A stretch of DNA of 64,000 nt from Patescibacteria group bacterium (lineage in GTDB: Bacteria > Patescibacteriota > Microgenomatia > Levybacterales > UBA12049): contig JBGTMH010000032.1 of NCBI GenBank assembly GCA_041743715.1, positions 131 through 64,130 of the forward strand, written 5' to 3'. A model generated the notes under the pieces. The model saw only the letters and a program-made list of their open reading frames with translations, was not told where the DNA came from and ran no database searches. The translations under genes were made by a program, and so were the position numbers. Of this stretch, positions 45,206 through 53,259 are shown one piece after another; position 1 is the first letter of the stretch, and each line of letters starts with the position of its first letter.

Positions 45206-45940
45206 ATGAATATACAATTAGAACGCTACATTATATATTTCATTGTTATGGGAATATTTCTCTTAACTCCTTTATTTCACAACGCTCAAGCCCAAAACAC
45301 AGGCGACGAGTGTGTTGTAATAGAAATCCCCGGCTCCTTAATTAAATCTTCTCCTCCCCCAGGATGTAACGCTGTAGGGCAAGATGGTATCACCTATCCT
45401 ACCAATATGACTTGTAAGCCTGATGGCTACTGTCAACTTCAACACCCTCAGCCTCCGAACGGTTCGTATCGAGCACTCAATTGTCAAAGTAAATATTTTG
45501 GTCATAAAGATCTTGTCGGTGTCCTTTACACAGTCTCGGAACGATGGAAGCAAAAATATCCAAGTGGTTTTCTTAGAATTGGCGATCTCAATGGTGCTGG
45601 TCATAAAACTCATAATAAAGGCTATGCTGTTGATCTGGATGCAACGACAAACGGTACCGATTGTGTTGCTGATTATGTAGCAGGTGGATTAGCACGCAAT
45701 TGCGGGGGGGGGAATTATAACCGGGAAGCAACGGTTGAATTAGGGAAAATGTTTGTTGATACGAATTCTATCCGACAAATTCTCTATATGGACCAATCAG
45801 TCAACAGTGCTGTTATGGAATATGCACGACAGACAAATAAATCACCAGGTATGAATATGTTTCCTGTTGCCCGCCATGACAACCACTTTCACGTAGATGT
45901 AAGAATTGAAAATCTTCCTTTCTGGGAACCTGGTTGTTAA
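45206..45940 (+). CDS. Secreted LAS-superfamily zinc murein peptidase (M15/M74-like)
   Basis: The ATG at 45206 gives a signal peptide ending NAQAQ. GHKTHNKGYAVDLD and RHDNHFHVDVRI fit the H-x6-D...HxH zinc site of LAS peptidases. An N-terminal module ECVVIEIPGSLIKSSPPPGC is present. Confidence 0.6.
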   Translation: MNIQLERYIIYFIVMGIFLLTPLFHNAQAQNTGDECVVIEIPGSLIKSSPPPGCNAVGQDGITYPTNMTCKPDGYCQLQHPQPPNGSYRALNCQSKYFGHKDLVGVLYTVSERWKQKYPSGFLRIGDLNGAGHKTHNKGYAVDLDATTNGTDCVADYVAGGLARNCGGGNYNREATVELGKMFVDTNSIRQILYMDQSVNSAVMEYARQTNKSPGMNMFPVARHDNHFHVDVRIENLPFWEPGC

Positions 45941-45955
45941 ATAATTTTCTTAACT

Positions 45956-46597
45956 ATGAATACATTTGTTACTAACATTATCGCTTTTGCCTTAAGATAC
46001 AAATTATATTTTTTTCTTTCAATACCATTGGTATTGATACTTTTTTCAGTAATTCTTATTTCTTTTTTTCAATCCCCCGTTTCGCAAACACCTCGCACTT
46101 CTGTTATTCCTACAGTTGTATCTCATACGAATTCCCCTCCTATCCCAACTACAAAACCTACAGGATTAAATAGAACCATAGAACCAGTTGAATCTGTCGA
46201 AGGAGAAGGTATTGAAGACAGATCAGGGCTTTTGAAAAAAGAGCAACTTTCGGACGGAACAACACAATATACTTATACTTCTCCCAATCCTGAACGACCA
46301 AATATTATTATAGCAAGAGACGAACAAGATATCTTATTTGAAAGAGCTGTCAGTCTACCTGATTATCCTGTTAAAATTTCAGAATATACACAACCATATG
46401 GTCAGCCCGAAAGAATCATTCGAGGTTCTTTGTTTTATGGTTCAAGCGCTGAAACTTATATTTATGCTCAGCGAGGATTTGCTTTTATCGCAAATCCTGA
46501 AACCACCTTAGTACTGGAACAGCATCTTTTTTCTCCTGTATCTGTTAACGAGTACATCAAAAAATACGGCGACGATATACCATCAAATACTCGATAA
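45956..46597 (+). CDS. Hypothetical bitopic protein
   Basis: 213-aa ORF with one N-terminal TM, a P/T-rich linker and a ~130-aa C-terminal domain. No family recognised. Confidence 0.5.
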   Translation: MNTFVTNIIAFALRYKLYFFLSIPLVLILFSVILISFFQSPVSQTPRTSVIPTVVSHTNSPPIPTTKPTGLNRTIEPVESVEGEGIEDRSGLLKKEQLSDGTTQYTYTSPNPERPNIIIARDEQDILFERAVSLPDYPVKISEYTQPYGQPERIIRGSLFYGSSAETYIYAQRGFAFIANPETTLVLEQHLFSPVSVNEYIKKYGDDIPSNTR

Positions 46598-46600
46598 CAC

Positions 46601-47710
46601 TTACCCCTGTACTCGAATAGGCATAATCATATGGAGGAAGGATGTGTCTCCTTGGATCTTGAATATTCCTGGATTGAGTGGGCCGATCATATCGAATGCT
46701 AAATCTTTCTCTTCAACATTTCCTAAGACATCAAGCAAATACCTCGCATTAAAAGCAATTTCATTTTCTTCACCTGTTAGCTTTGCATCTACACGTACGG
46801 TATTTTCACCGATAGCAGATGATCCAGATGATACGGTTATGTTATCTGCGGCTAAGGCAAATTTGATAATATTTGCTGAATCTCTTGCAAAGACTGAGCA
46901 AATCTTTACCGCCTTGAGTAATTCTTCTCTATCAAATGACACGCTGACTGAAAAATCAGAGGGGATAATTTTTGCGAAATTTGGAAATTCTGCTTCTATC
47001 AGTCTCCCAATTAGAACCGTATCTTCTTGTTCAAAAAGTACTTGATTATTTTGCTGAGAAACGTAGATCGAAATGTCTTTATTCTCATCCTTCAAAGAAA
47101 GCAATTCCCGGAAAACTCTGGCTGGAATGATATAAGATGCACTTTCTCCAGCTCTATTCTCTGTTGTTTTATAATGTCTTAAAGACAAACGATAACCATC
47201 AGTTGCGACAAGTAAAAATCCTTCAGGCTCTTTGCGTACCAAAACACCCGAAAGCGCTGGCCGCGCTGTATCTTGACTTGCTGCAAAGACGACAGATGAA
47301 AATTCATGTTTGATGTCTTTTCCTGACAAAACTGCGAGCTTTTCTCCCCTTTCTTCATACAACTTGGGGAATTCTTCACTATTTATAGTTTGAAAAATAC
47401 TTTTTGTTCGTTTCGTGTGGACTTCAAGCGTTTTCTCTTTTGTCTCAAGTGTCAGCATATCATCGGTCAGAGAATTTATCAGTTCAGTAAAAAGTTTTGC
47501 TGGAACAGTGATTTCACCGTGTTCTTCAATTTTTGCTGGACAAAAAATCTCTATTCCTATTTCCAAATCTGTACTGCTGAGCTTTATTTTCCCTTCAACT
47601 GATTCAATCAAAAAATTCTGTAGTACTGGTAATTGGCTTTTGGGAGAGACTGCTCTGTTGAGAAACGAAAGTTTACTTACGAGGTTTGGGGTTAATATCT
47701 GTACTTTCAT
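46601..47710 (-). CDS. dnaN: DNA polymerase III beta sliding clamp
   Basis: 369 aa. MKVQILTPNLVSKLSFLNRAVSPKSQLPVLQNFLIE.., ..ATDGYRLS.. and C-terminal ..LHMIMPIRV are canonical DnaN. It lies immediately downstream of dnaA. Confidence 0.9.
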   Translation of the reverse strand: MKVQILTPNLVSKLSFLNRAVSPKSQLPVLQNFLIESVEGKIKLSSTDLEIGIEIFCPAKIEEHGEITVPAKLFTELINSLTDDMLTLETKEKTLEVHTKRTKSIFQTINSEEFPKLYEERGEKLAVLSGKDIKHEFSSVVFAASQDTARPALSGVLVRKEPEGFLLVATDGYRLSLRHYKTTENRAGESASYIIPARVFRELLSLKDENKDISIYVSQQNNQVLFEQEDTVLIGRLIEAEFPNFAKIIPSDFSVSVSFDREELLKAVKICSVFARDSANIIKFALAADNITVSSGSSAIGENTVRVDAKLTGEENEIAFNARYLLDVLGNVEEKDLAFDMIGPLNPGIFKIQGDTSFLHMIMPIRVQG

Positions 47711-47929
47711 ATATCTATATTTGTTGTTGTTGTAGTGTATATGGAAATGTGGAAAAAATCAAGGCCTGTCAAGCTTATAAGAAGAGGTTTGCAGCGAAAA
47801 GTTTGCTTTTTGAAATGCAATAATACTTGACTTACGAAGGGTGAGTTACACAGAGAGAATTGTGGACAACTTGTTGATAATTTTGGGTATAAGTTGTGTA
47901 TAAGAAAATATCGAGCGTTATCCCCAAAT
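47711..47929. other. Candidate oriC segment (dnaA-dnaN spacer with DnaA-box-like 9-mers)
   Basis: An AT-rich 219-nt spacer containing TGTGGAAAA (47748-47756), TGTGGACAA (47861-47869), TGTGTATAA (47895-47903) and TTATCCCCA (47918-47926). Each is within one or two mismatches of TTATCCACA or its complement. Confidence 0.45.
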
Positions 47930-49297
47930 TTATTCAAGAAATGCACGTTTTATCCCCAGAATATCCTCAGAGACTTTTTCCTTATTTTCCACAAGAAATC
48001 GAATTTTATCCACACCATGCATGATCGTTGTATGATCACGTCCTCCTAAGAGATTACCAATCTCAACATGCGTAATTCCCATTTCAACATAGAGGAGATA
48101 CATACAGACATGCCGGGCCTTAACAAGTCCTGCATCCCGTTTTGGTCCTTTCAACTGAGTTGTTTTAATGTGATAAAAATCACAAACTGCTTTAATCACA
48201 TCATCAGTATGCAGATGTCCCCTTTTTTCTTCAACCATAGACCCAAGTGCTTTTTCAGCCAACTCCAAAGTAATACTTGAATCATTTGCTGTTATTTGAG
48301 AAATAATCCTCAAAAGTAAACCCTCTAAGCTTCTGGTGTCCTCGGCATTTTCTGCCATAAAGAGCGCAACATCAATTGGCAATTCTTGGCCGAATTTTTC
48401 AGCCTTCTTTCGGACAATAGCAGTTTTCAGTTCCAAATCGGGTTTTCCTATATCAACTGTTAATCCGCCCGCAAACCGGGAAGACAAACGTTTCTCTAGT
48501 TTTTTAATCTCTTGCGGTGGACGGTCTGAAGTTAAACATATCTGTGATCCATTATCTATCAAAATATTAAAGGTATGAAATAGCTCTTCTTGCACTTTTT
48601 CTTTCCCTTCAATAAATTGAATGTCATCGATGAGGAGTACAAAGGCTGAACGAAATCTTTTTTTCATTCTCGCCGTGTCGTTGTTGCGTATCGCTTCAAC
48701 GACTTCATTGGTAAATTCCTCACTGGTGATGTAGATTATTTTTTTCTCAGGTTGTTGTTGATAGGCGCTGTTTGCAATGGCGTGCATTAAATGTGTTTTC
48801 CCCACACCGACCGGTCCATACAGAAAAAGTGGATTGTATGACTGACCAATTTTTTCAGCGACACGTTGTGCTGAAACAAATGCAAGCTGATTGGTACTTG
48901 AGACAGCAAAATTGCTAAAAGTAAAATCAGAACGGACACGGGTTAAATGTCCGATAAACGGCTGAATTGGTTTTTGATTTGGTTCTCCATTCGCTGGCGG
49001 GTCAAAAAGTGGCGTGGTTTTTTCCGGTTCTTTCGGCTGGAGTGGGTTACTTTTTACAATAAAGACAATATCGATTTCGTGTCCGGTTTGCTTTTGCAAT
49101 AATTCTTTTATCTGTCCTGAAAAACGTTTTTGTAAAAGATCAACAATCATTGAAGAAGGCGCACCTATTGTTGCTATATCGTCTTCCAGGGACAACAGAA
49201 AGGTTGGATTGAGAAAGGTTCCAAAATTGCCTTTAGAAACAGTTAATTTTAATTCTGTCAGTATCGTAGTCCATAATAGTATGAGGTTTGTCTCCAT
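47930..49297 (-). CDS. dnaA: Chromosomal replication initiator DnaA
   Basis: 455 aa. Walker A is LYGPVGVGKTHL. Also present are LLIDDIQF, SDRPP, and the C-terminal DNA-binding helix region VCMYL...IGNLLGGRDHTTIMHG. Confidence 0.95.
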   Translation of the reverse strand: METNLILLWTTILTELKLTVSKGNFGTFLNPTFLLSLEDDIATIGAPSSMIVDLLQKRFSGQIKELLQKQTGHEIDIVFIVKSNPLQPKEPEKTTPLFDPPANGEPNQKPIQPFIGHLTRVRSDFTFSNFAVSSTNQLAFVSAQRVAEKIGQSYNPLFLYGPVGVGKTHLMHAIANSAYQQQPEKKIIYITSEEFTNEVVEAIRNNDTARMKKRFRSAFVLLIDDIQFIEGKEKVQEELFHTFNILIDNGSQICLTSDRPPQEIKKLEKRLSSRFAGGLTVDIGKPDLELKTAIVRKKAEKFGQELPIDVALFMAENAEDTRSLEGLLLRIISQITANDSSITLELAEKALGSMVEEKRGHLHTDDVIKAVCDFYHIKTTQLKGPKRDAGLVKARHVCMYLLYVEMGITHVEIGNLLGGRDHTTIMHGVDKIRFLVENKEKVSEDILGIKRAFLE

Positions 49298-49320
49298 ATG
49301 CTGTAACTGACATTAAATAA

Positions 49321-49329
49321 TGTGGATAA
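49321..49329. promoter_or_regulatory. Perfect DnaA box
   Basis: TGTGGATAA is the exact complement of the consensus TTATCCACA. It lies 24 nt upstream of the dnaA start, in the dnaA-rpmH divergent spacer. Confidence 0.6.
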
Positions 49330-49370
49330 CTTTTTGTCAAGGACCAATAAGAAAGAATTCTCAATTTCCC

Positions 49371-49399
49371 TTGGTACTTTTCTAAAACTATGGTATACT
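49371..49399 (+). promoter_or_regulatory. Candidate sigma70-type promoter for rpmH-rnpA-yidD-yidC
   Basis: TTGGTA (49371-49376), a 17-nt spacer, then TATACT (49394-49399). It ends 7 nt before the rpmH ATG. Confidence 0.4.
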
Positions 49400-49406
49400 T
49401 AGGCTC

Positions 49407-49541
49407 ATGGAAAGACTTACTAAGCCTAATAAAATCAAAAGAAGCAGAAAACATGGATTTTTGACTCGAATGAAAAGCAATGATGGTAAGAAGATCCTCA
49501 AACGCAGACGAGACCAAGGACGAGAAAAACTTTCTGCATAA
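49407..49541 (+). CDS. rpmH: 50S ribosomal protein L34 (not in ORF track)
   Basis: 44 codons: MERLTKPNKIKRSRKHGFLTRMKSNDGKKILKRRRDQGREKLSA. This is the L34 pattern, in the conserved position before rnpA. Confidence 0.85.
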   Translation: MERLTKPNKIKRSRKHGFLTRMKSNDGKKILKRRRDQGREKLSA

Positions 49542-49552
49542 CACTTGTCACC

Positions 49553-49882
49553 ATGTTACCACAACAGAATCGTTTACCTGCTGTAACACGACTGAGGCAA
49601 CCAAGATTTCGTAAAACACTGCTCTTTAGTGTTAAATTTAGCCAAAATAATCTACCTCTCAACCGTTTTGGTTTTGTCGTGAGAAAGACTGTTGATAAAC
49701 GTGCTGTCATTCGTAATCGCATTCGAAGAGTGTTCCGGTCTTGTCTTGAAGAACAGCTTGGAAATATTGTCGTTGGTCAGGACATGCTTTTTTTTCTTGA
49801 AAAAGGTATAATAGAAACATCTCGCGCGCAGCTATGTCAAAAAGTGAACCAGTTCTTAACAGAGGAAAAACTATTGAAATGA
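49553..49882 (+). CDS. rnpA: RNase P protein component
   Basis: 109 aa. LP..NRL...F..V......F....F.V.K...KRAV.RNRIRR matches the RnpA signature. Confidence 0.85.
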   Translation: MLPQQNRLPAVTRLRQPRFRKTLLFSVKFSQNNLPLNRFGFVVRKTVDKRAVIRNRIRRVFRSCLEEQLGNIVVGQDMLFFLEKGIIETSRAQLCQKVNQFLTEEKLLK

Positions 49883-50088
49883 AAAACATCATACTTGCCG
49901 GTATAAAAGGCTACGCTACTTTTATTGCTCCCCCACTCCATCAGTTGCTTGGTGTAAAGACCGTTTGCCGGAACACACCGTCTTGCAAAGCATATGCGCA
50001 ACAAGTTGTAACACAATACGGGGCCGGCAAAGGCATCGTATTATCACTCAGGCGAATTGTGAATTGCCAACCCTACTTTACCCTATGA
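49879..50088 (+). CDS. yidD: Membrane protein insertion efficiency factor YidD
   Basis: The ATG at 49879 overlaps the rnpA stop (ATGA). IKGYATFIAPPLHQLLG...CRNTPSCKAYAQQ....G..KG..L...RI..C.P fits YidD. Confidence 0.8.
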   Translation: MKNIILAGIKGYATFIAPPLHQLLGVKTVCRNTPSCKAYAQQVVTQYGAGKGIVLSLRRIVNCQPYFTL

Positions 50089-50909
50089 ACATATTCGATA
50101 TTCTTTTTTTACAGCCATTTCTGAATGTAATGGTAGCCATTTATCATCTGCTCATTGCAGCACATATTCCGTATGCTCTCGGATTTTCAATAATCATCTT
50201 AACGACTATTATTAAGATTTTTCTCTATCCCCTCATGCATCAGAGTCTTAAGCAGCAAAAAAAGATGCAGGCGTTAACCCCACAAATGAATAAATTGAAA
50301 GAAAAATATAAAGGTGACGCCAAAAGAATGCAGATGGAACAAATGGCGCTTTTTAAAGCAGAAGGCGTAAATCCTGCATCAGGGTGTTTCATACTATTGC
50401 TGCAGTTACCTGTTTTTATTGCCCTCTATAATGTTTTGTTAAAAGTTGTGAGTGTAAAATCTGCCAACGACATCAATCAGTTCTTATATACTGACTCACT
50501 CAATCTTACTAAAATGTGGGATACCAGCTTTTTTGGTCTTCCGTTGGGGAAAACACCTGCGGAATTATTGCCAGTCGTTGGACTGGGTATTTTTTGGGTT
50601 GCCGTTATCACGGGAGGGCTTCAGCTTATTCAATCTAAAATGATGGCTACGCCGGCTGCTGATAAACCAGTGCTACCGAAGAAAACCGAGCCTGACTTTG
50701 CCACAACACTGCAAACCCAAATGCTCTATATGCTCCCGATTTTTGTCGGCTTTTTCGCTCATACCCTACCTTTCGGTTTATCTCTCTACTGGAATACTTT
50801 TACGATTTTTGGTATCATACAGCAGTACATGGTAGCCGGCTGGGGAGGTTTGGTTGATTGGCTGCCATTCCTAGGAGAAAAGAAATCCCTAGAAAGTAAA
50901 TATAAATAA
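50085..50909 (+). CDS. yidC: YidC/Oxa1-family membrane insertase (short form)
   Basis: The ATG at 50085 overlaps the yidD stop (ATGA). IIILTTIIKIFLYPL..KQQKKMQALTPQMNKLKEKYKGD...M..MALFKAEGVNP..GC.ILLLQLPVFIALY is a canonical YidC core. Confidence 0.85.
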   Translation: MNIFDILFLQPFLNVMVAIYHLLIAAHIPYALGFSIIILTTIIKIFLYPLMHQSLKQQKKMQALTPQMNKLKEKYKGDAKRMQMEQMALFKAEGVNPASGCFILLLQLPVFIALYNVLLKVVSVKSANDINQFLYTDSLNLTKMWDTSFFGLPLGKTPAELLPVVGLGIFWVAVITGGLQLIQSKMMATPAADKPVLPKKTEPDFATTLQTQMLYMLPIFVGFFAHTLPFGLSLYWNTFTIFGIIQQYMVAGWGGLVDWLPFLGEKKSLESKYK

Positions 50910-50911
50910 CT

Positions 50912-51382
50912 ATGGAACAAAAAGCATTAACAGCGAAAGAGAGAAAAGAAGTAGAACAAGTCGTTGAGAAGTTATTTGTGCTTCTTGAGATTGAAGGCAC
51001 CTTTACGCTTGAACAACAGGATGAAGTTTTGGATATCATGATGGAAACCAAAGATACCGGTATGGTCATCGGTTATCACGGTGAAGTTCTTGAGTCACTC
51101 CAACTTATCCTTTCACTCGCAATTGCGAAAAAGCTTGGCCGGTTTGTCCGTGTTTCAATTGAAGTTGACGGCTACAAAAAGAATAGGACAGAATATCTTC
51201 ATAATCTGGCTTTGCAGGTAAAAGAAAAGGCACTCGCGGAAAACAAAGAACAAGTGTTATCTTCTCTCAAATCTTGGGAGCGCCGCATCATTCATCTCTA
51301 TCTCCAAAATGATGAACAAGTTTCCTCCGAGTCCAGTGGAGAAGGAAAAGAGCGGGTTTTGGTTATTAAACCCCGCGAGTAA
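50912..51382 (+). CDS. jag: Jag/KhpB-like RNA-binding protein (KH + R3H)
   Basis: 156 aa. The KH-like segment is GMVIGYHGEVLESLQLIL and the R3H-like segment is SLKSWERRIIHLYL...SESSGEGKERVLVIKP. It is in the conserved position after yidC. Confidence 0.75.
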   Translation: MEQKALTAKERKEVEQVVEKLFVLLEIEGTFTLEQQDEVLDIMMETKDTGMVIGYHGEVLESLQLILSLAIAKKLGRFVRVSIEVDGYKKNRTEYLHNLALQVKEKALAENKEQVLSSLKSWERRIIHLYLQNDEQVSSESSGEGKERVLVIKPRE

Positions 51383-52730
51383 AAGCGAATCTGTCCTTCT
51401 CACCTTTTTATTTCTCCTCCTCCCGACACAGCTTGGTAAACATTTCTGGCCATCATTCTCACTGGTCTCTGGTATCAGAGTGGACTATCTATCCCCCACA
51501 TTGTATGTAACGGATATCGTAATTGTTTTGTTATTTGGATTTGCTCTCGTGCGATGGATTAAAGAATGGAGAGAGAGATCAAAAATACATCCACCAGCGG
51601 GCGGAAAAAATCAAAAATATTTTATTTTTTTAATCTGTGTTTTTACTTTTCTATTTCTCATTTTTAATATCGTAAACTCCAGTCGTCCGTTGCTCAGCAT
51701 CTATTTTAGTATAAAACTATTCGAATACACATTTCTTGCATTGTATTTAGCGAAAACATTCCGCTCAGTTATACAATTAGCGTTTATGGCACTCCTCTTT
51801 GCTGTCGGTACTTTTTTTGAGTCCTTCCTAGCGATCCTCCAATACATAAGTCAAGGATCACTCAATGGTTGGTTGTATTTTTTGGGAGAGCGGAGTTTTA
51901 ATGGTTCGACACCTGGTATTGCCAATGCTTCAGTAGACGGAATCTTAGTACTCCGTCCGTATGGCACCTTCTCTCATCCAAATGTTCTGGCCGGTTATCT
52001 GCTTATCTCGTTGTTCTTCATAACATTTTTCTTCTTTGGAAAATTCCGGGGTGTATCACGGTCTTTGGGTATACTCGTTCTTTTGCTCGCAAGCATTGCA
52101 CTTTTTCTCACGTTAAGTCGGGTCGCGATTGGACTTTGGTTCTTAGCGACGTGCGGTGCATTACTCGTGTTGTTATCAAAAAAAAATTTATCCTATCGTA
52201 AAAGCATAATCTTTGCAGCGGTAGTGGGGTGTTTGATAAGCCTTGTTCTGTTGCCTTTTTCCCAAACCGTGTTTACGCGTTTTGCGCAAACATCGCTCTT
52301 AGAGGAAGCACTTTCGCAGCGAACTGGGTTAATTGTCAGCACAGTTACCATGATTCAAACACATCCATTTACCGGATTGGGCTTGGGGCAATTCATCCCC
52401 TCGCTTGCACCCTTGCAAAAACCACTGTCTCTTGGCTTGTATCTTCAACCGGTACACAATATTTTTCTTCTTGTTGCAGCAGAGACAGGATTGATAGGTT
52501 TGGGGTTATTTATTTCATTTCTGTTTCTCACCTATAGACGACTCGTGTTGCAAATAATGAAGTTCCCCAACCAACGAAAAGCATATACGGCATTTGGTTT
52601 GCTCCTTTCAATCATTCTTGTTCTTGGATTTTTTGATCACTATTTTCTGACGCTTCAGCAGGGACAGTTATTGTTTGCAACGGTTTTAGGGTTATGTTGG
52701 GTGAAGAAAATGGAGAGTCAAAGTTCGTAA
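51309..52730 (+). CDS. O-antigen ligase/polymerase (Wzy_C)-family membrane protein
   Basis: 473 aa with about 11 TM helices. It has a large loop with the LSRVAIGLW-type motif and HNIFLLVAAETGLIGL. The start is uncertain, and the ORF overlaps jag by 74 nt. Confidence 0.6.
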   Translation: MMNKFPPSPVEKEKSGFWLLNPASKSESVLLTFLFLLLPTQLGKHFWPSFSLVSGIRVDYLSPTLYVTDIVIVLLFGFALVRWIKEWRERSKIHPPAGGKNQKYFIFLICVFTFLFLIFNIVNSSRPLLSIYFSIKLFEYTFLALYLAKTFRSVIQLAFMALLFAVGTFFESFLAILQYISQGSLNGWLYFLGERSFNGSTPGIANASVDGILVLRPYGTFSHPNVLAGYLLISLFFITFFFFGKFRGVSRSLGILVLLLASIALFLTLSRVAIGLWFLATCGALLVLLSKKNLSYRKSIIFAAVVGCLISLVLLPFSQTVFTRFAQTSLLEEALSQRTGLIVSTVTMIQTHPFTGLGLGQFIPSLAPLQKPLSLGLYLQPVHNIFLLVAAETGLIGLGLFISFLFLTYRRLVLQIMKFPNQRKAYTAFGLLLSIILVLGFFDHYFLTLQQGQLLFATVLGLCWVKKMESQSS

Positions 52731-52746
52731 GCAATGATCGATTCAT

Positions 52747-53211
52747 TTATGCTTTCAGATATCCAAGTTTGGTAAAAAGCTTAACAGAAGGTGGTGTCAG
52801 TTTTACTTTCGATAATTCATCAAACCGAACCCATTGATATTCTGCTAAGTCATCGTTCAATGCCACATTAATTTCATCACTATTTTTATCTACAAGCAAA
52901 ACTCTATAGACAAAAAAATGCATTGTAACGATGACTTTTTCTCCTGTGTCTTTGAGTGTTTTTTCAGCTGTCCCCGTGCCGCTGTCATCGATAAGAGTAC
53001 TGGTGTATGGGACAATATCAATACCGACTTCTTCCAGTATTTCTCTTTTTAGCGCGTCACTCTTTGTCTCATGCAGATTGACACCACCACCAGGTATGTG
53101 CCAACAATCGACATAAACACCGCCGCTTTTAGAGTCTTTTTTCCCGAGTAAAAGTTTATTATCTTTTGAAACCAACATCGCGGCAACAATAAGACGTTTT
53201 ATCTTTCTCAC
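52747..53211 (-). CDS. NUDIX hydrolase
   Basis: The Nudix box is GGGVNLHETKSDALKREILEEVGI. I prefer the GTG start at 53211 (MRKIKRLIVAAMLV); the longer track ORF overlaps the divergent EEP gene. Confidence 0.7.
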   Translation of the reverse strand: MRKIKRLIVAAMLVSKDNKLLLGKKDSKSGGVYVDCWHIPGGGVNLHETKSDALKREILEEVGIDIVPYTSTLIDDSGTGTAEKTLKDTGEKVIVTMHFFVYRVLLVDKNSDEINVALNDDLAEYQWVRFDELSKVKLTPPSVKLFTKLGYLKA

Positions 53212-53259
53212 AATAAGATAATAATACCATATGGTTAAAGAAAGTTGGTATACTTGAAG

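Noticed and set aside
27916-46597. Integrative conjugative element inserted at tRNA-Ser(GGA)
   Set aside because: I found no integrase or recombinase, no relaxase, and no direct repeat of the tRNA 3' end downstream. By eye the composition is not distinct from flanking DNA. The only boundary repeats found involve dnaN, not the tRNA.
47707-47946. 79-aa minus-strand ORF in the dnaA-dnaN spacer
   Set aside because: It covers the AT-rich DnaA-box region and overlaps the dnaA stop. The origin-type spacer is the more parsimonious reading.
49233-49722. Minus-strand ORFs 49233-49544 and 49498-49722
   Set aside because: They are antisense to the dnaA promoter region, rpmH and rnpA, which have strong family signatures on the plus strand.
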